Shown: positions 1 through 12,140 of the stretch, in pieces | Layout: the number at the start of each line of letters is the position of its first letter | Position numbering within the stretch: the stretch's first letter is position 1 | NCBI GenBank assembly: GCA_026936335.1 | Contig: JAPMXV010000041.1 | Coordinates: 1 to 64,000 of the forward strand | Length of the DNA stretch: 64,000 bases | Source of the DNA: Mantamonas sphyraenae STR306 | Lineage: Eukaryota > Protista > CRuMs | Direction: 5' to 3' | Position numbers and translations under genes: made by a program | The notes under the pieces: model-generated | The model's input: only the letters and a program-made list of their open reading frames with translations | Database searches by the model: none | Told to the model about the DNA's origin: nothing

Positions 1-127
1 CCTAACCCTAACCCTAACCCTAACCCTAACCCTAACCCTAACCCTAACCCTAACCCTAACCCTAACCCTAACCCTAACCCTAACCCTAACCCTAACCCTA
101 ACCCTAACCCTAACCCTAACCCTAACC

Positions 128-168
<41 letters not shown>

Positions 169-213
169 CCCTAACCTAACCCTAACCCTAACCCTAACCC
201 TAACCCTAACCCT
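1..213. repeat. Telomeric repeat array (CCCTAA)n, chromosome left end
   Basis: Nearly perfect CCCTAA tandem from base 1 to ~209, then degenerate CCCTGA CTCTAT CCTAT. Confidence 0.99.
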
Positions 214-498
214 GACTCTATCCTATCGATATAAGGAAGTTCCGCCCTTGTTGTGTTGGTCCGGTCTATGTCATGTGAGTTGTGCTTGTGTCTGCTGGCA
301 GGGTGGCTGAGTTGGGTGTTGACATGGGGCAGTGGGCAATGGGTGGGAAAGGAAATGTCGCTTGTGAGTGGCCGTCGTCCTGCAACACCGCGCAGTCAGC
401 ACTGCCCATCCGCCTTCAACCAAAGTATCACCAACACCCACAACACCCTCCACCAGTCCAACACAATCCACATACACTCCAGTACATCCACCATCACC

Positions 499-3400
499 AT
501 GGACGAAGACTACTCAAACACTCCGAAGCAACAGCACACACCCAACACCTACCCAGCGTGCGTTCTGCCTTCCACTCCGTTTTCTGACTGCCCGCTCCTC
601 CCGCTTCTATGCCTCCTCCTTGCCTTTGTCGCTTCCCTGCATTCCTCCCCTGCATCTCCACTTCCCTATCACCACTGTTGCTGCTTTCTCCGCTCTTTTC
701 CGATCCCCTCTCCCCTGTCACTGCCCTCCCCGTAGCCAATTTTCCGATCTGCCAATCTCCTCCGTTTCCCTCTCTGCTCGTTCCAGCCTCCCTTCACCCC
801 CGCTTTTGCCCTGACGGCGTCCATTCCGCCTTCCGCTCACCGTTCCTACCCCGCCCTGCCCCTCCCGTCTCCCCCGCAGCTACACGTACATGGTCCCTCC
901 CATGGCTGCCCAGCCGTTTCCGAACATGCTGCCCGTCCAAGGCGTACAAAACCCGTACCAGCACCCACAACCACCCATCATCTGGGTGCCTGTCAACACC
1001 TACCCGCAGCAGCACTCCGCATATGCTCATCAGGGCCACCCATACTACGCCTACTCTCCTCCGCCGCCTCCTCAGCCGCGACAAACCGCCCAGATGCACT
1101 TCGCTCAGCCTCCGTTTCACCGTCCGCCTGCTCAACCCACCACAAACCACAACCGCGTCCCCAATCGCGTCAGCCCTGCCTTTGTCGGCATCACACGGAG
1201 CACATCCACCACCACATCGTCGTCCTTCTCCCACCAGGCCACACGGCAGACTGGAGACAGCGACGACGACGACGCAGACCAGGACACACACACACACGAC
1301 ACTGGCGACGTGGAGGACCTGATGTTCCTGAACTTTGGCCACCGAGAACCACCGTCAGTCTCCAGCAACCCAGAGTGGATGGCCAGCTCATGGATGGAGG
1401 CGTACGAAGAAGACGGCGAGGCAAACGACGCACCCCAGCAGCACGTGGACGACGAGTTGGAACCTCAGGGCACACTCATCATTGCAGACATTGGTGATGC
1501 CATGGATGAGGAGTACATGCCGCAAGATGACAGCGACGACGACGCAGACGACTTGGAACAGGAGGACTTGGACGAATGGCTGCCAAGACGCACAAGAAGA
1601 GTCCGCACACAACGTCACAGAGGCAGCACCAGCCGTCGTACTGATCTGCAACTGATGAAAGGCAGCGGACAGCGCAGGCGCAGGGTCACGGCTGGCAGTG
1701 GCACAGAGACAGGAACGTCGAGCACACGGGCAAGGAGGGCCAAGGACGGAGACACCAGCGCCCGGAAGAAAGCAGGCGTGGACAAGAGAAACAAGTTGCC
1801 AGATGGTGTTGTGCGCAAAGGGTGGACAGCGGGAATCAGTGACGAGCGCACCCGCAGCAACAAGAAGGAGCACACGGCACTGCTGAGGCACATGCACACC
1901 CTGGCCTCCGAGCATCCCATCGACAATATCCCAGACCTCATGACCCTGCATGCGCGTGTTGTAGTCTGCCATGGCACCATGAGTACGCTCGTCCGACAGA
2001 TTCAGCTCGCCCTTGGCAACATTCCCCTCTCCCAAGGAGACATGGCCTTCTGCCTCACCCTTCTCGGCCATGATGTGGATCATCAGGCGTGCAGAAATGC
2101 CATCCTCCACGCTGGTCTGAACATGGGTGTGACAAAGGCTGGGTTGAAGGTGTGTTGGCTGGAGGAACCACACGACCACGGCGACCCCAACTACGCCCTA
2201 CTCCACCTGCTCATGTCAGAGATGGACACACTTGGCGACAGGCCCCATCCCACCACCTGGAAGGAGCACGAGCAGACCCAGCTGTGGCTGCAGAAAGCAC
2301 GACGCCCTGCTGACGACGACAGCGACCCACACTGGACACAATGCGACTACGACCACCACCTCACCAGCACCAAGGTGGACAAGTGGCATCCTGTGTCTGT
2401 GCGCAGTGGCTGGAGCTATGCTCCAACAAGCGACGAGCGTGGCAGCTGCACGGCGCGGGAGTTCCAGACGCTGCTGGCACACATGAAGGCACGTGCAGGC
2501 AAGCACCCTCTCCATCAGCACACACACGAGCTCCATGCACTGCGTGAGCTGATGAACAACGGCAGCAAGCAGTCCCTGCTGCGACACATCATCCTGGCGC
2601 TGGGCAACGTTGGCGTGCCGCCTGTCGACCTGGCCTTCTTTCTTCGCCTCCTCAGGCCACAACTCACCTACAAGAAGGTTCAACAGGTCATCAGCAACAC
2701 CCTCACCCGTGGCGTCACCTCCCTCTCCCTCAAGATCGCCTGGCTCGACAACCCCAAACCCAGCGACGCCACACTGCACACCCTCCTCCACACCCTCATC
2801 GACCGCATCACACCCCACTTCACCACCCGCCCCACCACCACCGCTGCCGTCAACTCCGTCGACATCCCCGAGCTTGTTCTGCCCGAGCCCACAGAGAAGG
2901 AGAAGATGGCCGTGGAGGATGGACTGCCAGATGGCGTTGTGCGCAGTGGCTGGACGTTCTGGCGCAAGAGCGAGCGCATGCACAGCAACAAGAAGGAGCA
3001 CACGGCACTGCTGAACCACTTGCACACTCTGGCCAACGAGCATCCCATCGACGACATCCCCGACCTCATGACCCTGCAGGCGCGTGTTGTGGTCTGCCAT
3101 GGCACCCTGAACACGCTGGTCCGACAGATTCAGCTCGTTCTGGGCAACATTCCCCTCTCCCAGAGCGACATGGCCTTCTGCCTCACCCTTCTTGGCCATG
3201 ATATGGATCAATATGCATGCGGCCATGCCATCACCAACGCTGGTCTGGCCATGGGGGTGACAAAGGCTGGGTTGAAGGTGTGCTGGCTGGAGGAGCCACA
3301 CGACCACGGCGACCCCAACTACGCCCTCCTCCACCTGCTCATGACTGAGATGGACACTCTCGGCGACAGGCCCCATCCCACCACCTGGAAGGAGCACGAG

Positions 3401-4078
3401 CAGACCCAGCTGTGGCTGCAGAAAGCACGACACCCTGCTGACAACGACAGCGACCCACACTGGACACAATGCGACTACGACCACCACCTCACCACCACCA
3501 TCAAGATGGAAAAGTGGCATCCTGTGTCTGTGCGCAGTGGCTGGAGCAAAGCCAACAGCGACGAGCGTGGCAGCTGCACGGCGCGGGAGTTCCAGACGCT
3601 GCTGGCACACATGAAGGCACGTGCAGGCAAGCACCCTCGTCATCCGCACACACACGAGTACCATGCACTGCGTGAGCTGATCAACAACGGCAGCCTGAAC
3701 TCCCTGGTGCGACACATCATCCTGGCGCTGGGCAACGTTGGCATGCCGCCTGTCGATTTGGCCTTCTTTGTCCGCCTCCTAAGGCCGCACCTCACCTACA
3801 AGCAGGTGAAAAGTGCCGTCAAGGACACCCTCACTCGCGGTGTTACCTCCCTCTCCCTCAAGATCGCCTTGCTCGACAACCCCAAACCCAGCGACGCCAC
3901 TCTGCACACCCTCCTCCACACCCTCGTCGACCGCATCACACCCCACATCACCACCCGCCCCACAACCATCGCACTCGTCAACGCCTACCCCATCTCCTCC
4001 TTCACCCTTCCCAAGCGCAAAGACCATTCCTCCTCCTCCTCCTCCTCCTCCTCCTCCAAACGCCAGCGCCTCGAATGA
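499..4078 (+). CDS. Hypothetical (probably nuclear) protein with four ~185-aa homologous domains (A-B-A-B); exons 499-557, 880-4078
   Basis: Intron 558-879 (GTGCGT..CCCCCGCAG) joins MDEDYSNT.. in frame to ORF 890-4078. P/Q/Y-rich N-terminus, acidic tract, basic NLS-like segments, C-terminal KRQRLE. Confidence 0.8.
1793..4010 (+). repeat. Intragenic tandem duplication, 1128-bp (376-aa) period
   Basis: CCAGATGG(T/C)GTTGTGCGC at 1799 and 2927; long near-identical stretches (e.g. WLEEPHDHGDPNYALLHLLM twice). Confidence 0.95.
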
Positions 4079-4109
4079 ACCACCCTTTCATTCCCACACC
4101 CTCTCCACT

Positions 4110-6074
4110 TCACCCTCCCCTCCCCATCCACCTCAACACCCTCTCCATCACCTCATCTGGCAGTGTCACCCACCCTCCCCACCCTCCCTCCTCCACATAC
4201 TCCTCCATCCCACCACACTGAAACATTGCCTCCCTCTCCTCCCCGTTCATCACCAATGTCACCTCCATGGCCTCATCCACCTGTCCAACCCACCCCATCC
4301 AATGCCACGCCTTCCTCCACCCTGCCTCCCTCACCATCTCCACCGTTTTCATCCTCGGCGTCGCACCCCAGCCCCGCAACACCTCAACCAACCCCTCATC
4401 ACCACCCTTCACTGCTCGCTCTAGCGCAGTTGTCGTTCCTCCAACCCCCGCAAACGTGTTCACAGGCACACCCCACTCCATCAACTCTCTCATCTTCCCC
4501 ACATCCACACACTCCACAAATTCCTCATGCTGCTTCATGTTTCTCTCTAGCAGCGACTGCAACGCGTCATCGCGAACGCCGTCGATCCTCCAGCACGACC
4601 GATTGCCTTCCAATGCCTTTGTCAGTGCTGCTGCTCCTTCTTCGTCGATGTCGTGACGCCAGAGTTCCAGTTCCTGCAAGCAGCTATTCTCGCTCAGCGC
4701 TTGCGCCAATGCTGATGCGCCTTCTGCCCCGATGCTGTTGTCGTTCAGGTCCAATGCCTGCAAGCTGCTGTTCTCACTCAGTGTCTGTGCCAGCACTGCT
4801 ATTCCTTTGTCCCCAAAGCTGTTGCTCCCGAGACCCAGTCTCTGCAAGCTACTGTTCACACCCAGCGCCTGCGCCAATGATGCTGCTCCTTCTGCCCCGA
4901 TGCTGTTGCTCCTCAGTTCAAGTGTCTGCAAGCTGTTGTTCCCACACAGTGCCTGCGCCAGGGCTGCAGCTCCTTCTGCGCCGATGGTGTTGCTGTCGAG
5001 GTCAAGTGTCCGCAAGCTGCTGTTGTCACACAGAGCCTGCGCCAGTGCTGCTGCACCTTCGTCCCCGATGCTGTTGCCCTGGAGGTTCAGTGTCTGCAGG
5101 CGGCTGTTCGCTCTCAGTGCCTGCGCCAGTGCTGCTGCTCCATGGTCGCCGCTGCTGTTGGTGCTGAGGACTAGTGTCTGCAGGCGGCTGTTCACACCCA
5201 GCGCCTGCGCCAATGCTACTGCTCCTTCTGCTCCGATGCTGTTGTAGAAGAGGCTCAACGTCTGCAAGCTGCTATTCTCCCTCAGTGCCTGCCCCAGTGC
5301 TGTAGCTCCTTCGTCCCCGATCCCGTTCTTGTAGATGTCCAGTCTCTGCAAGCTGCTGTTCTTACTCAGTGCCTGCGCCAGTGCTGTTGCGCCTTCTGCA
5401 CCGATGCTGTTGACCCCGAGGTACAGTATCTGCAAGCAGCAGCCGTTTACGCTCAGTGCTTGCGCCAGCGATACTGCGCCTTCTGCCCCGATTCTGTTGC
5501 TGTTGAGAATCAATGCCTGTAAGCTGCTGTTCGCTCTCAGTGCCTGCGCCAGGGCTGCTGCTCCCATGTCACCAATCCTGTTGGCCCAGAGTCTCAGTGT
5601 CTGCAAGCTGCTGTTCCCACTCAGTGCTTGCGCCAATGCTGCTGCTCCTTCTGCCCCGATGCTGTTGCTGTTGAAGTTCAGACTCAGCAAGCTGCTGTTG
5701 TCACTCAGTGCCTGCCCTATTGCTGCTGCTCCTTCTGCCCCGATCCTGTTGCCGTTGATGTTCAGACTCAACAACGTGTTGTTCTCCCTCAGAGCCTGCC
5801 CCATTGCTGTTGCTCCTTCTGGCCCGATATTGTTGTTTCCGAGGTCCAGTGACTGCATGCTGCTGTTCTCACATAGTCCCTGTGCCATTGCTGCTGCTCC
5901 TTCTGGCCCGATGCTGTTGTTTCCTAGGTCCAGCGTCTGCAAGCTGCTGCTCTCTCTCATTGCCTGGGCAAGTGCCACTGCTTCTTTGTCTCCCAGTCCC
6001 GCATAAAGAAGGTCCAATTTCTGTGTGTGTCGTGTCAACACACCTTCCACCCTCTTCTCACACAATTGTGCCAT
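4110..6074 (-). CDS. RNI-like/NLRC3-type LRR protein (~16 x 28-aa repeats) + ankyrin repeat + C-terminal F-box-like tail
   Basis: Repeats NSSLQTLxLxxNSIGAEGAAALAQAL; TALERAVKGGDEGLVEVL ankyrin; terminal WVTLPDEVMERVLRWM. Confidence 0.9.
   Translation of the reverse strand: MAQLCEKRVEGVLTRHTQKLDLLYAGLGDKEAVALAQAMRESSSLQTLDLGNNSIGPEGAAAMAQGLCENSSMQSLDLGNNNIGPEGATAMGQALRENNTLLSLNINGNRIGAEGAAAIGQALSDNSSLLSLNFNSNSIGAEGAAALAQALSGNSSLQTLRLWANRIGDMGAAALAQALRANSSLQALILNSNRIGAEGAVSLAQALSVNGCCLQILYLGVNSIGAEGATALAQALSKNSSLQRLDIYKNGIGDEGATALGQALRENSSLQTLSLFYNSIGAEGAVALAQALGVNSRLQTLVLSTNSSGDHGAAALAQALRANSRLQTLNLQGNSIGDEGAAALAQALCDNSSLRTLDLDSNTIGAEGAAALAQALCGNNSLQTLELRSNSIGAEGAASLAQALGVNSSLQRLGLGSNSFGDKGIAVLAQTLSENSSLQALDLNDNSIGAEGASALAQALSENSCLQELELWRHDIDEEGAAALTKALEGNRSCWRIDGVRDDALQSLLERNMKQHEEFVECVDVGKMRELMEWGVPVNTFAGVGGTTTALERAVKGGDEGLVEVLRGWGATPRMKTVEMVREAGWRKAWHWMGWVGQVDEAMEVTLVMNGEEREAMFQCGGMEEYVEEGGWGGWVTLPDEVMERVLRWMGRGG
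4605..5955 (-). repeat. 84-bp tandem LRR-coding repeat
   Basis: Recurrent CTGCAAGCTGCTGTT..CAGTGCCTGCGCCA..GCTCCTTCTGCCCCGATGCTGTTG on the + strand at 84-nt spacing. Confidence 0.92.
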
Positions 6075-6535
6075 GGCACCAAAACTCCCTCCCGAACACC
6101 CTCTGCCAACTCACCGTCCCCTGAGCCTCCAAGGCTTCGACAATCCGCTCATGGTCCCCGCTCTGCAACAGTATCATCCATTCTCGTGCGCTTAAGCTCA
6201 TATTTCCTGCAGTAGTCCAAGAGTCAGCAAACTCGGCGGATTTCCCAAGCCCGCACCCATGTGCACATGTCCTCGATGACCCCACCAGTCCCTACCCATT
6301 GACCCTTCCCTACCCAATGACTGCTCCAAGTGTGTGTTTGCAGTATGCGTTGGATGCACCTCCGCTTAGCACGGAGGACAAGGCGCGCCCAACCCTCTTC
6401 TTCGCCGACACTCTCTCTACTGTGCAGGAAGGGCAATCCAATCCGTCTCTGATTCATACGACGACTCACCACGTATCCATTGGACTGGCTGTCAGCATCA
6501 CATGTGCGCTTCAACCCAACCAACCCGAACCAACG

Positions 6536-7308
6536 ATGCGAAGCGTCCTCTTTTTCCTCGTTCTCATCACCGCCACGCTTGCGCACGCAAATTGCGCCAT
6601 GCACGGCAACCCGACCTATATCCATCCAAACTCTCCCCCATTTAGCGTACGCTTCACGTGTTCCCTCTATGTTTCCACCCCTCGCCGCGCCCTCCCGTTT
6701 GCGTGTACGCCAACCCATACAAACCCAACCCCACCCCAACCAACACCTCCCAATCCCAACCCCACCCCCCACCCGCACCCCCACAGACACCCAACCTCGT
6801 AGACTGTCCCGCCTTCAACCAATCCCACTGCTGCACGGTCGACCAAACCAAAGTCCTGCACGAACAATTCCTCAACGTCCTCGACAACGTCTTTGCCGGC
6901 TGCAAAGCGTGCATCAAAAATATCCACACCCTCTGGTGCTCCTTCACCTGCAATCCCCTCCAGCAGGACTTTGTGAACGTCACCCAGTACGACGCGGACG
7001 GCCAGGTCCAGGTCGTCGAGTTCACCGTCTGCCCAGACTTTGCAAACGGACTCTATGACTCCTGCAAACTGGTCCCATTTGGCGGTGGAGTCATTGTCGA
7101 AAAGGAATGGCCCGATTCCATGGCCTTCCTCTCCTTCATGGGTGAAAAGGGCCCCTTCAACCCGTTCCAGATCAACTTTCGCTTCTCCAACGAGTCCACC
7201 GCCATGTGCGCCAGTCCGGAGAGCTGCAAGGGCATCTGTGCATGTGAGTATTGCGAGCCTTCCTGCAACAGCAAACCGGGCGGCTTCGAGTCCTCGTCAC
7301 CCCAATAA
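6536..7308 (+). CDS. Secreted stand-alone NPC1 N-terminal (sterol-binding) domain protein, ~210 aa; exons 6536-6646, 6787-7308
   Basis: Signal peptide MRSVLFFLVLITATLAHA; phase-0 intron GTACGC..CCACAG; NPC1-NTD Cys pattern CAMHG..CP..HCC..Q..CKAC..N..LWCSFTCNP.Q..FVNVT..FANGLYDSCK. Confidence 0.8.
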
Positions 7309-7559
7309 ACCCTTGTGTGGCGCACCAGTGCGCAACCAAACACCTGTCCATCACCCCTTCTTGAGCAGACACATGACATCATCGTCGTGGTACCAGAAGG
7401 GAGCCCTTGCGTTGACCTCACTCAACCTCATCCTGTCCGTGTGCGTGTTTGCCGTTTGCGTCAACGGATGTGGAGATGACTTTCTATGAACGAATGCCCT
7501 TCATGTATTGTTTGAATGATCCTAGATGTGGCCATATTGCCAAATCCTGCATCTCGTCC

Positions 7560-7798
7560 GTCGCCAATGCCACCTCCATCGCCTAACCCACCTGCCCACC
7601 CCACCAAATCCAATGCCACGTCTTCCTCCACCCTTCCTCCCTCGCCAACTCCACCGTTTTCATCCTCGCCTTTGCGCCCCATGCCCGCAACACCTCCACA
7701 ATCCCCTCATTCCCTGTTCTCACTGCTCGCTCCATCGCAGTTCCCACCCAATCCAATGCCAAGCCCTCCTCCACCCTGCCTTTGTCATCATCACCCAT
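7560..7798 (-). pseudogene. Fragment of the ankyrin/C-terminal module of the LRR-ANK-F-box family
   Basis: TAMERAVRTGNEGIVEVLRAWGAKARMKTVELAREEGWRKTWHWIWWGGQVG*AMEVALA matches the 4110-6074 tail (..QVDEAMEVTLV), with a premature TAG and truncation. Confidence 0.8.
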
Positions 7799-7869
7799 CC
7801 CCCCATGTTCCCAACACGGGGCACCCGCCGCCGCCCCAGCCGCGCCATACTAAATCCGAAACTTCAACG

Positions 7870-10800
7870 ATGAACCAAAACTATTCCCGACTTGCGGGAA
7901 TGCTTCTCCTCATCCTCTGCGTTTCCACCCTGACCCATGCGCATGCGATCAACGTCGACGACACGTTCGGCTCCCCGAACTTGTTCCGTGACGACCGTGT
8001 GATGACCCAAAAGCAACTTCAAGAGGTGTTTGCACATCCAGACGTACTCGAAGGCCGTGAGACTCAAGTCCATATTGCGGCGGACAAGGTCTCCTCGGCG
8101 GAGTTTTTCGCCGCTGGAGATGCCGATGCGTCCTGGCAAGACCTCGCGGGAAACCATGTCCTCACTCCCACAGCCGAGCTTTCTGACGCGGCAAAGTCCG
8201 ACGTGAAGGAGATGGGTGCCTCCGAGATGCATTTTGGCGACGGTCTGCGTGTCAAAACGTACCTGCGAGGCGACGTCAAGGTCCACCCCGACTTTGTCCA
8301 GCTCAAGGCAGAGCACCACCATGCATTCGTCACCGAGGTGGCACCTACCAACGAGATCCCCAACGAGGACCCCCTGAACCTTTTGCAGAAGCACGCGAGC
8401 CAGCTGTTCTCCCGCTTGAGCGAGCGCGCCAAGGACGCTCCGGCCGCCGGAACAATCACCTTCGATCACGACGAGCTCGTTGAGGATGCCGGCGATGACT
8501 ATATCCACGGCAAACAATGGGAGCAGGACGCCAGCGTCAAATCCAACATGCAACGTGAAGGATCTTCCGTCGGTAAGTCCAGAATGCAGTGTCAGGGCGG
8601 GCTACGCCTGCACTGCGAACCGGTTGAACGGGTCCGCTTTTTTTTCCGAAGACCCCTTTTTTTTCGGCGTGTTGTTGTCCCTTTTCTCGTCAAAATCCCC
8701 ATTGGGCGACCGCATGCCAATTTCACGACATTTCATCGCTCGAAAAAATTCCCAATGTGCGGTATTCCCTGCACATGTATGCCATGCAGTGTGTGATGCC
8801 CCCAAAGGCACCCCCAGCCAAGGAAATTGCTGACGCGCAACTTTCCCTCCCCGCCTCTCCCGGACGACACCAGCCGGCGAGGGCGCCTTCTTGGTGTCTC
8901 GCCAGATGGTGGAAACGTACGGCCTGAAGGCCGGCAAGTACTTTGCCGTGCCATCGGGTCTGTTCAAGATCCTCAACGTCAACGCAGACACGCTGGACGT
9001 CATGGTGCGTCTGCATTGCCGCCGCGCCGGCCTCGCCGAGGTGGTGGAGAACGCAGAGGTGCGCACCGTCGTGACAGGTACACCTTCCATGGTGCGTGAC
9101 TCCACGACTGGAGAGGTTGAAGACCTGCGCGCACACGCGACGCTTGCCAAAGACAAAGAGTTGCTGCAGGAGATGTACACCCACATGCGCAACCTGCATG
9201 CCGTGCACATGGACGAAAAGCTCATCGACGAGCGTTTGGCCATGTTGGACAAGAAACTGTGGAAGGAGGTGTCCAACTCGCTGCCCAAGTCGATGGTGAC
9301 CCCCGACAATCTGGTCGAAATCCGCGACGCCACCCTTGCCCTGTCCCGTGACCTCAAGGCCCCCCTGCGATCTCAGTTCCTGAAGATGGCAAAAGAACAC
9401 GTCCAGCAGGCAGCGCGCGAGCGGGCCATGGACGAGATCGCCGATGCCGATTTTGGATCCAACGAAAGCGAGGTCGACGACGTCGCGTCCGCCGCCTCTG
9501 ACGACGAAAACGACGAGCAGTGGAACGTATCGTCCGAAGAAGACAACGAAGACGCAGCGCGTGACGACGACCTCGATTTTGATGACGACACGGAGGTTTC
9601 CGACGAAACCGTCGATGACGAGGCCGTCCAGGACCGTGACGACGACCAGATCATTGATTTTTTCAAGAGCCTTGGCAGGAGCATTGGCAATTTCTTCAAC
9701 GACTTTCCGCGCAAGTTGAAGAAGTTTGCCGAGCAGTTGGGCAAGAAGGTTTTGGAAGGGCTGAAGAAGTTTGGCAAGAAGATTGCCGAAGCAGTGTTGA
9801 AATTCGCCAGCAAGATGTGGAAGGTGTTCAAGAAGCTTGCTTCCAAGTTCACCACGTTTGTCAAGAAGATCGGTGCCAAGATCAAGGAGATTGGCCGCCA
9901 GATCGTCGAGGTGGTCAAGAAGGTCGGCGAGGTCATCGTGTTCCTTGCAAAGACGCTGACCGGAAACGTGGATGGTGAGATCAAGTACCACATGACTGTC
10001 GGCCACAACACGGGCGCGACCGATCTCGTTGCGTACCGCAAGAAGAACCTCGCGGTGCTTCTTCGTTTGGAGCGCGCGTACGCTGCCTTCAAGCCCACCT
10101 TTGAACTGTCTCTGCACCTGGTGAACTACAAGCTGCAGCGCTTCCGCACCACTCTGGGCGGCTCTTTGGAGCTTGCGCTGGAGTTGCTGCTGGAATTGTC
10201 GGCTCAGTACCAAAAGACGGCGGACAAGCAGCTGCTGTCCCACCGCGTGTCCCAAATCTCCTTCACCGTGGGTGTCGTGCCCGTGTGGATTGCCATCAAG
10301 TACATTCAGAAGGCTGGAATCACGGTGAATGTCACTGCAGGCATTTCGACGCGTTTCGGCGGCTCTCTCACCACGGGAATTCGCATGGGTCTCGAGTACC
10401 GTGGCGGCAAGTGGTCGGGTATCTTTTCGCGATACTTTGAGCACCAGCTCAAGGGTCCCGAGTCGGTCCAGCCCTGCGGCGGCATCACCCTCGAGCTGTT
10501 CCTGACGCCGCAGATCGCCTTTTTGCTGTACGACGTGGCTGGCCCGACCTTTGCTCTGGAGCCGTACGTCCAGCTGAACTTCCACCCCAAGGGCATTCAA
10601 CACTGTGTTACGGTGGAGCCAACGCCGGACAAGAAGAAGGACGACAAGAAGGCCGGCAACGTGCGCGCAGCCGCCCCGCGCGCCACCTACATGCACTTTG
10701 ACGCAACTGGCAAGGGCACAGAGGTGCAGTCCGTGTCAGACGCCGACGAAGCCCTGCAGATCCAGTGGGAGTTGCGCCTGGGCTTCCGTGGCAAGGTGGG

Positions 10801-11971
10801 CGTGCGGATCGAGCTGTTTGGCGAGGAGATGGTGAGCCTGGACAAGAGCCTGTTCGACAAGAGCAAGGTCATTGCCACGGGCACATTCAAGCTGCCTGGC
10901 ACAGACGTTTCCGACGAAGATCTGCACCGCCGCGCCCTCGTCTCGGATTTCACGGAGGAGGCAGACGTGTTTGATGTCGCGGACGAAGACGATGTCGAGT
11001 CCGACTACGACTCCGATGACGACGATGAGGAAACCGCCAGTGCCGATCAAGGAGTGACTGTGCGCGACACCGACAGCATTTCATGGAAGGGCATCTTGAA
11101 GCTGATGCGAACGGACCCGCGCAAAGCGCACGAAGCACTCAAAGAGCTGCAGAAGAAGAACAAGAAAAAGATTGAGAACATTGCGCACGACAAGGTGCTT
11201 CGCAAGCGTGGCCGTGCCCTGTTGGACAGCCTGATCAAGAGTCGGGAAGCCAACGAGATCCGCATCATGGCGTCCAAGGCTCGCCACGCACGCAAGGAGG
11301 CGCGTGAGGTTGAGACTCGTCTCAAGAAGCTGAAGCACGTCACCAAGGAGGCACGCCGAAAGGCTGAAACTGCCGTCCGCGACACGTTCAAGACTACTCA
11401 AAAGGCACTGGACCACGAACTGGACCTGGAAGACAGGCTGAAGAAGCTGTGCAAGAAGTACTCGCTCAAGGCGTCCAAGATGATCCCAGATCGCCTTGAG
11501 CACGACCCGTGCGTGGAAGTGATCAACCACTGTTATAACATGCTCGGCAAACAGCGCTGCCACCTGATCAAGAAGCTCAAGCCGACTTGCAAGAAGGTCA
11601 ACGGCAAGTTTGTGCCCAAGACGGTGAAGGAACTCGAGGCCGAGGCCCGCAAGAAGGCCGCCGAGGAAAAGAGGAAGGAGCAAGCAAGGATCAAGCAATG
11701 TTTCTACACCAAAAAGCGTTGCAAGATCGTGCGTGGCTCAACGGTGTGTGTGCATGTCCCTGCGCTGCGTTTCTACTGCCGCGGTTCCTCGGGCCAAAAG
11801 CTTGGCGTCTGCCACAAGCCTGCCCGCAAATGCTACCGCACTAGCCGTCACCGAATCTGCTTCAACGACATTCCTGTGTACGTGAAGTGCAGCGTTCTGA
11901 AGAAGGAGGCTATCGCCAAGGTGCACAAAAGCATGCAGAAGGCCTTTTCCAGACTCCCGCGCCGCATTTGA
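7870..11971 (+). CDS. Large secreted protein (~1266 aa) with alternating acidic spacers and cationic segments; exons 7870-8572, 8874-11971
   Basis: Signal peptide MNQNYSRLAGMLLLILCVSTLTHAHA; phase-1 intron 8573-8873 (GTAAGT, branch GCTGAC, CAG) links ORF 7516 to ORF 8891 in frame. Confidence 0.82.
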
Positions 11972-12140
11972 TGGTGATCCTGCGTGTGATTTCATCTCGC
12001 CCATCCTCTCTAGCGCGTGCTCGCTGCTGGAAGGGTGCAAGGCAATCAAGACTCCATTTCAAGACTCCCACTCCGAATTTGATGGAGTTCTCTGGACCGT
12101 CCCGCCCCTCCCCCCACCGCGCCAATCCAACCCCGCTCCC

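Noticed and set aside
145-180. Variant telomere units (CCCTAAA, CCTAA)
   Set aside because: Isolated single-base indels, compatible with read or telomerase error.
6258-6269. CATGTGCACATG palindrome also present in the H2B/H2A spacer
   Set aside because: The non-coding DNA is rich in CA/TG dinucleotides, so chance recurrence is plausible.
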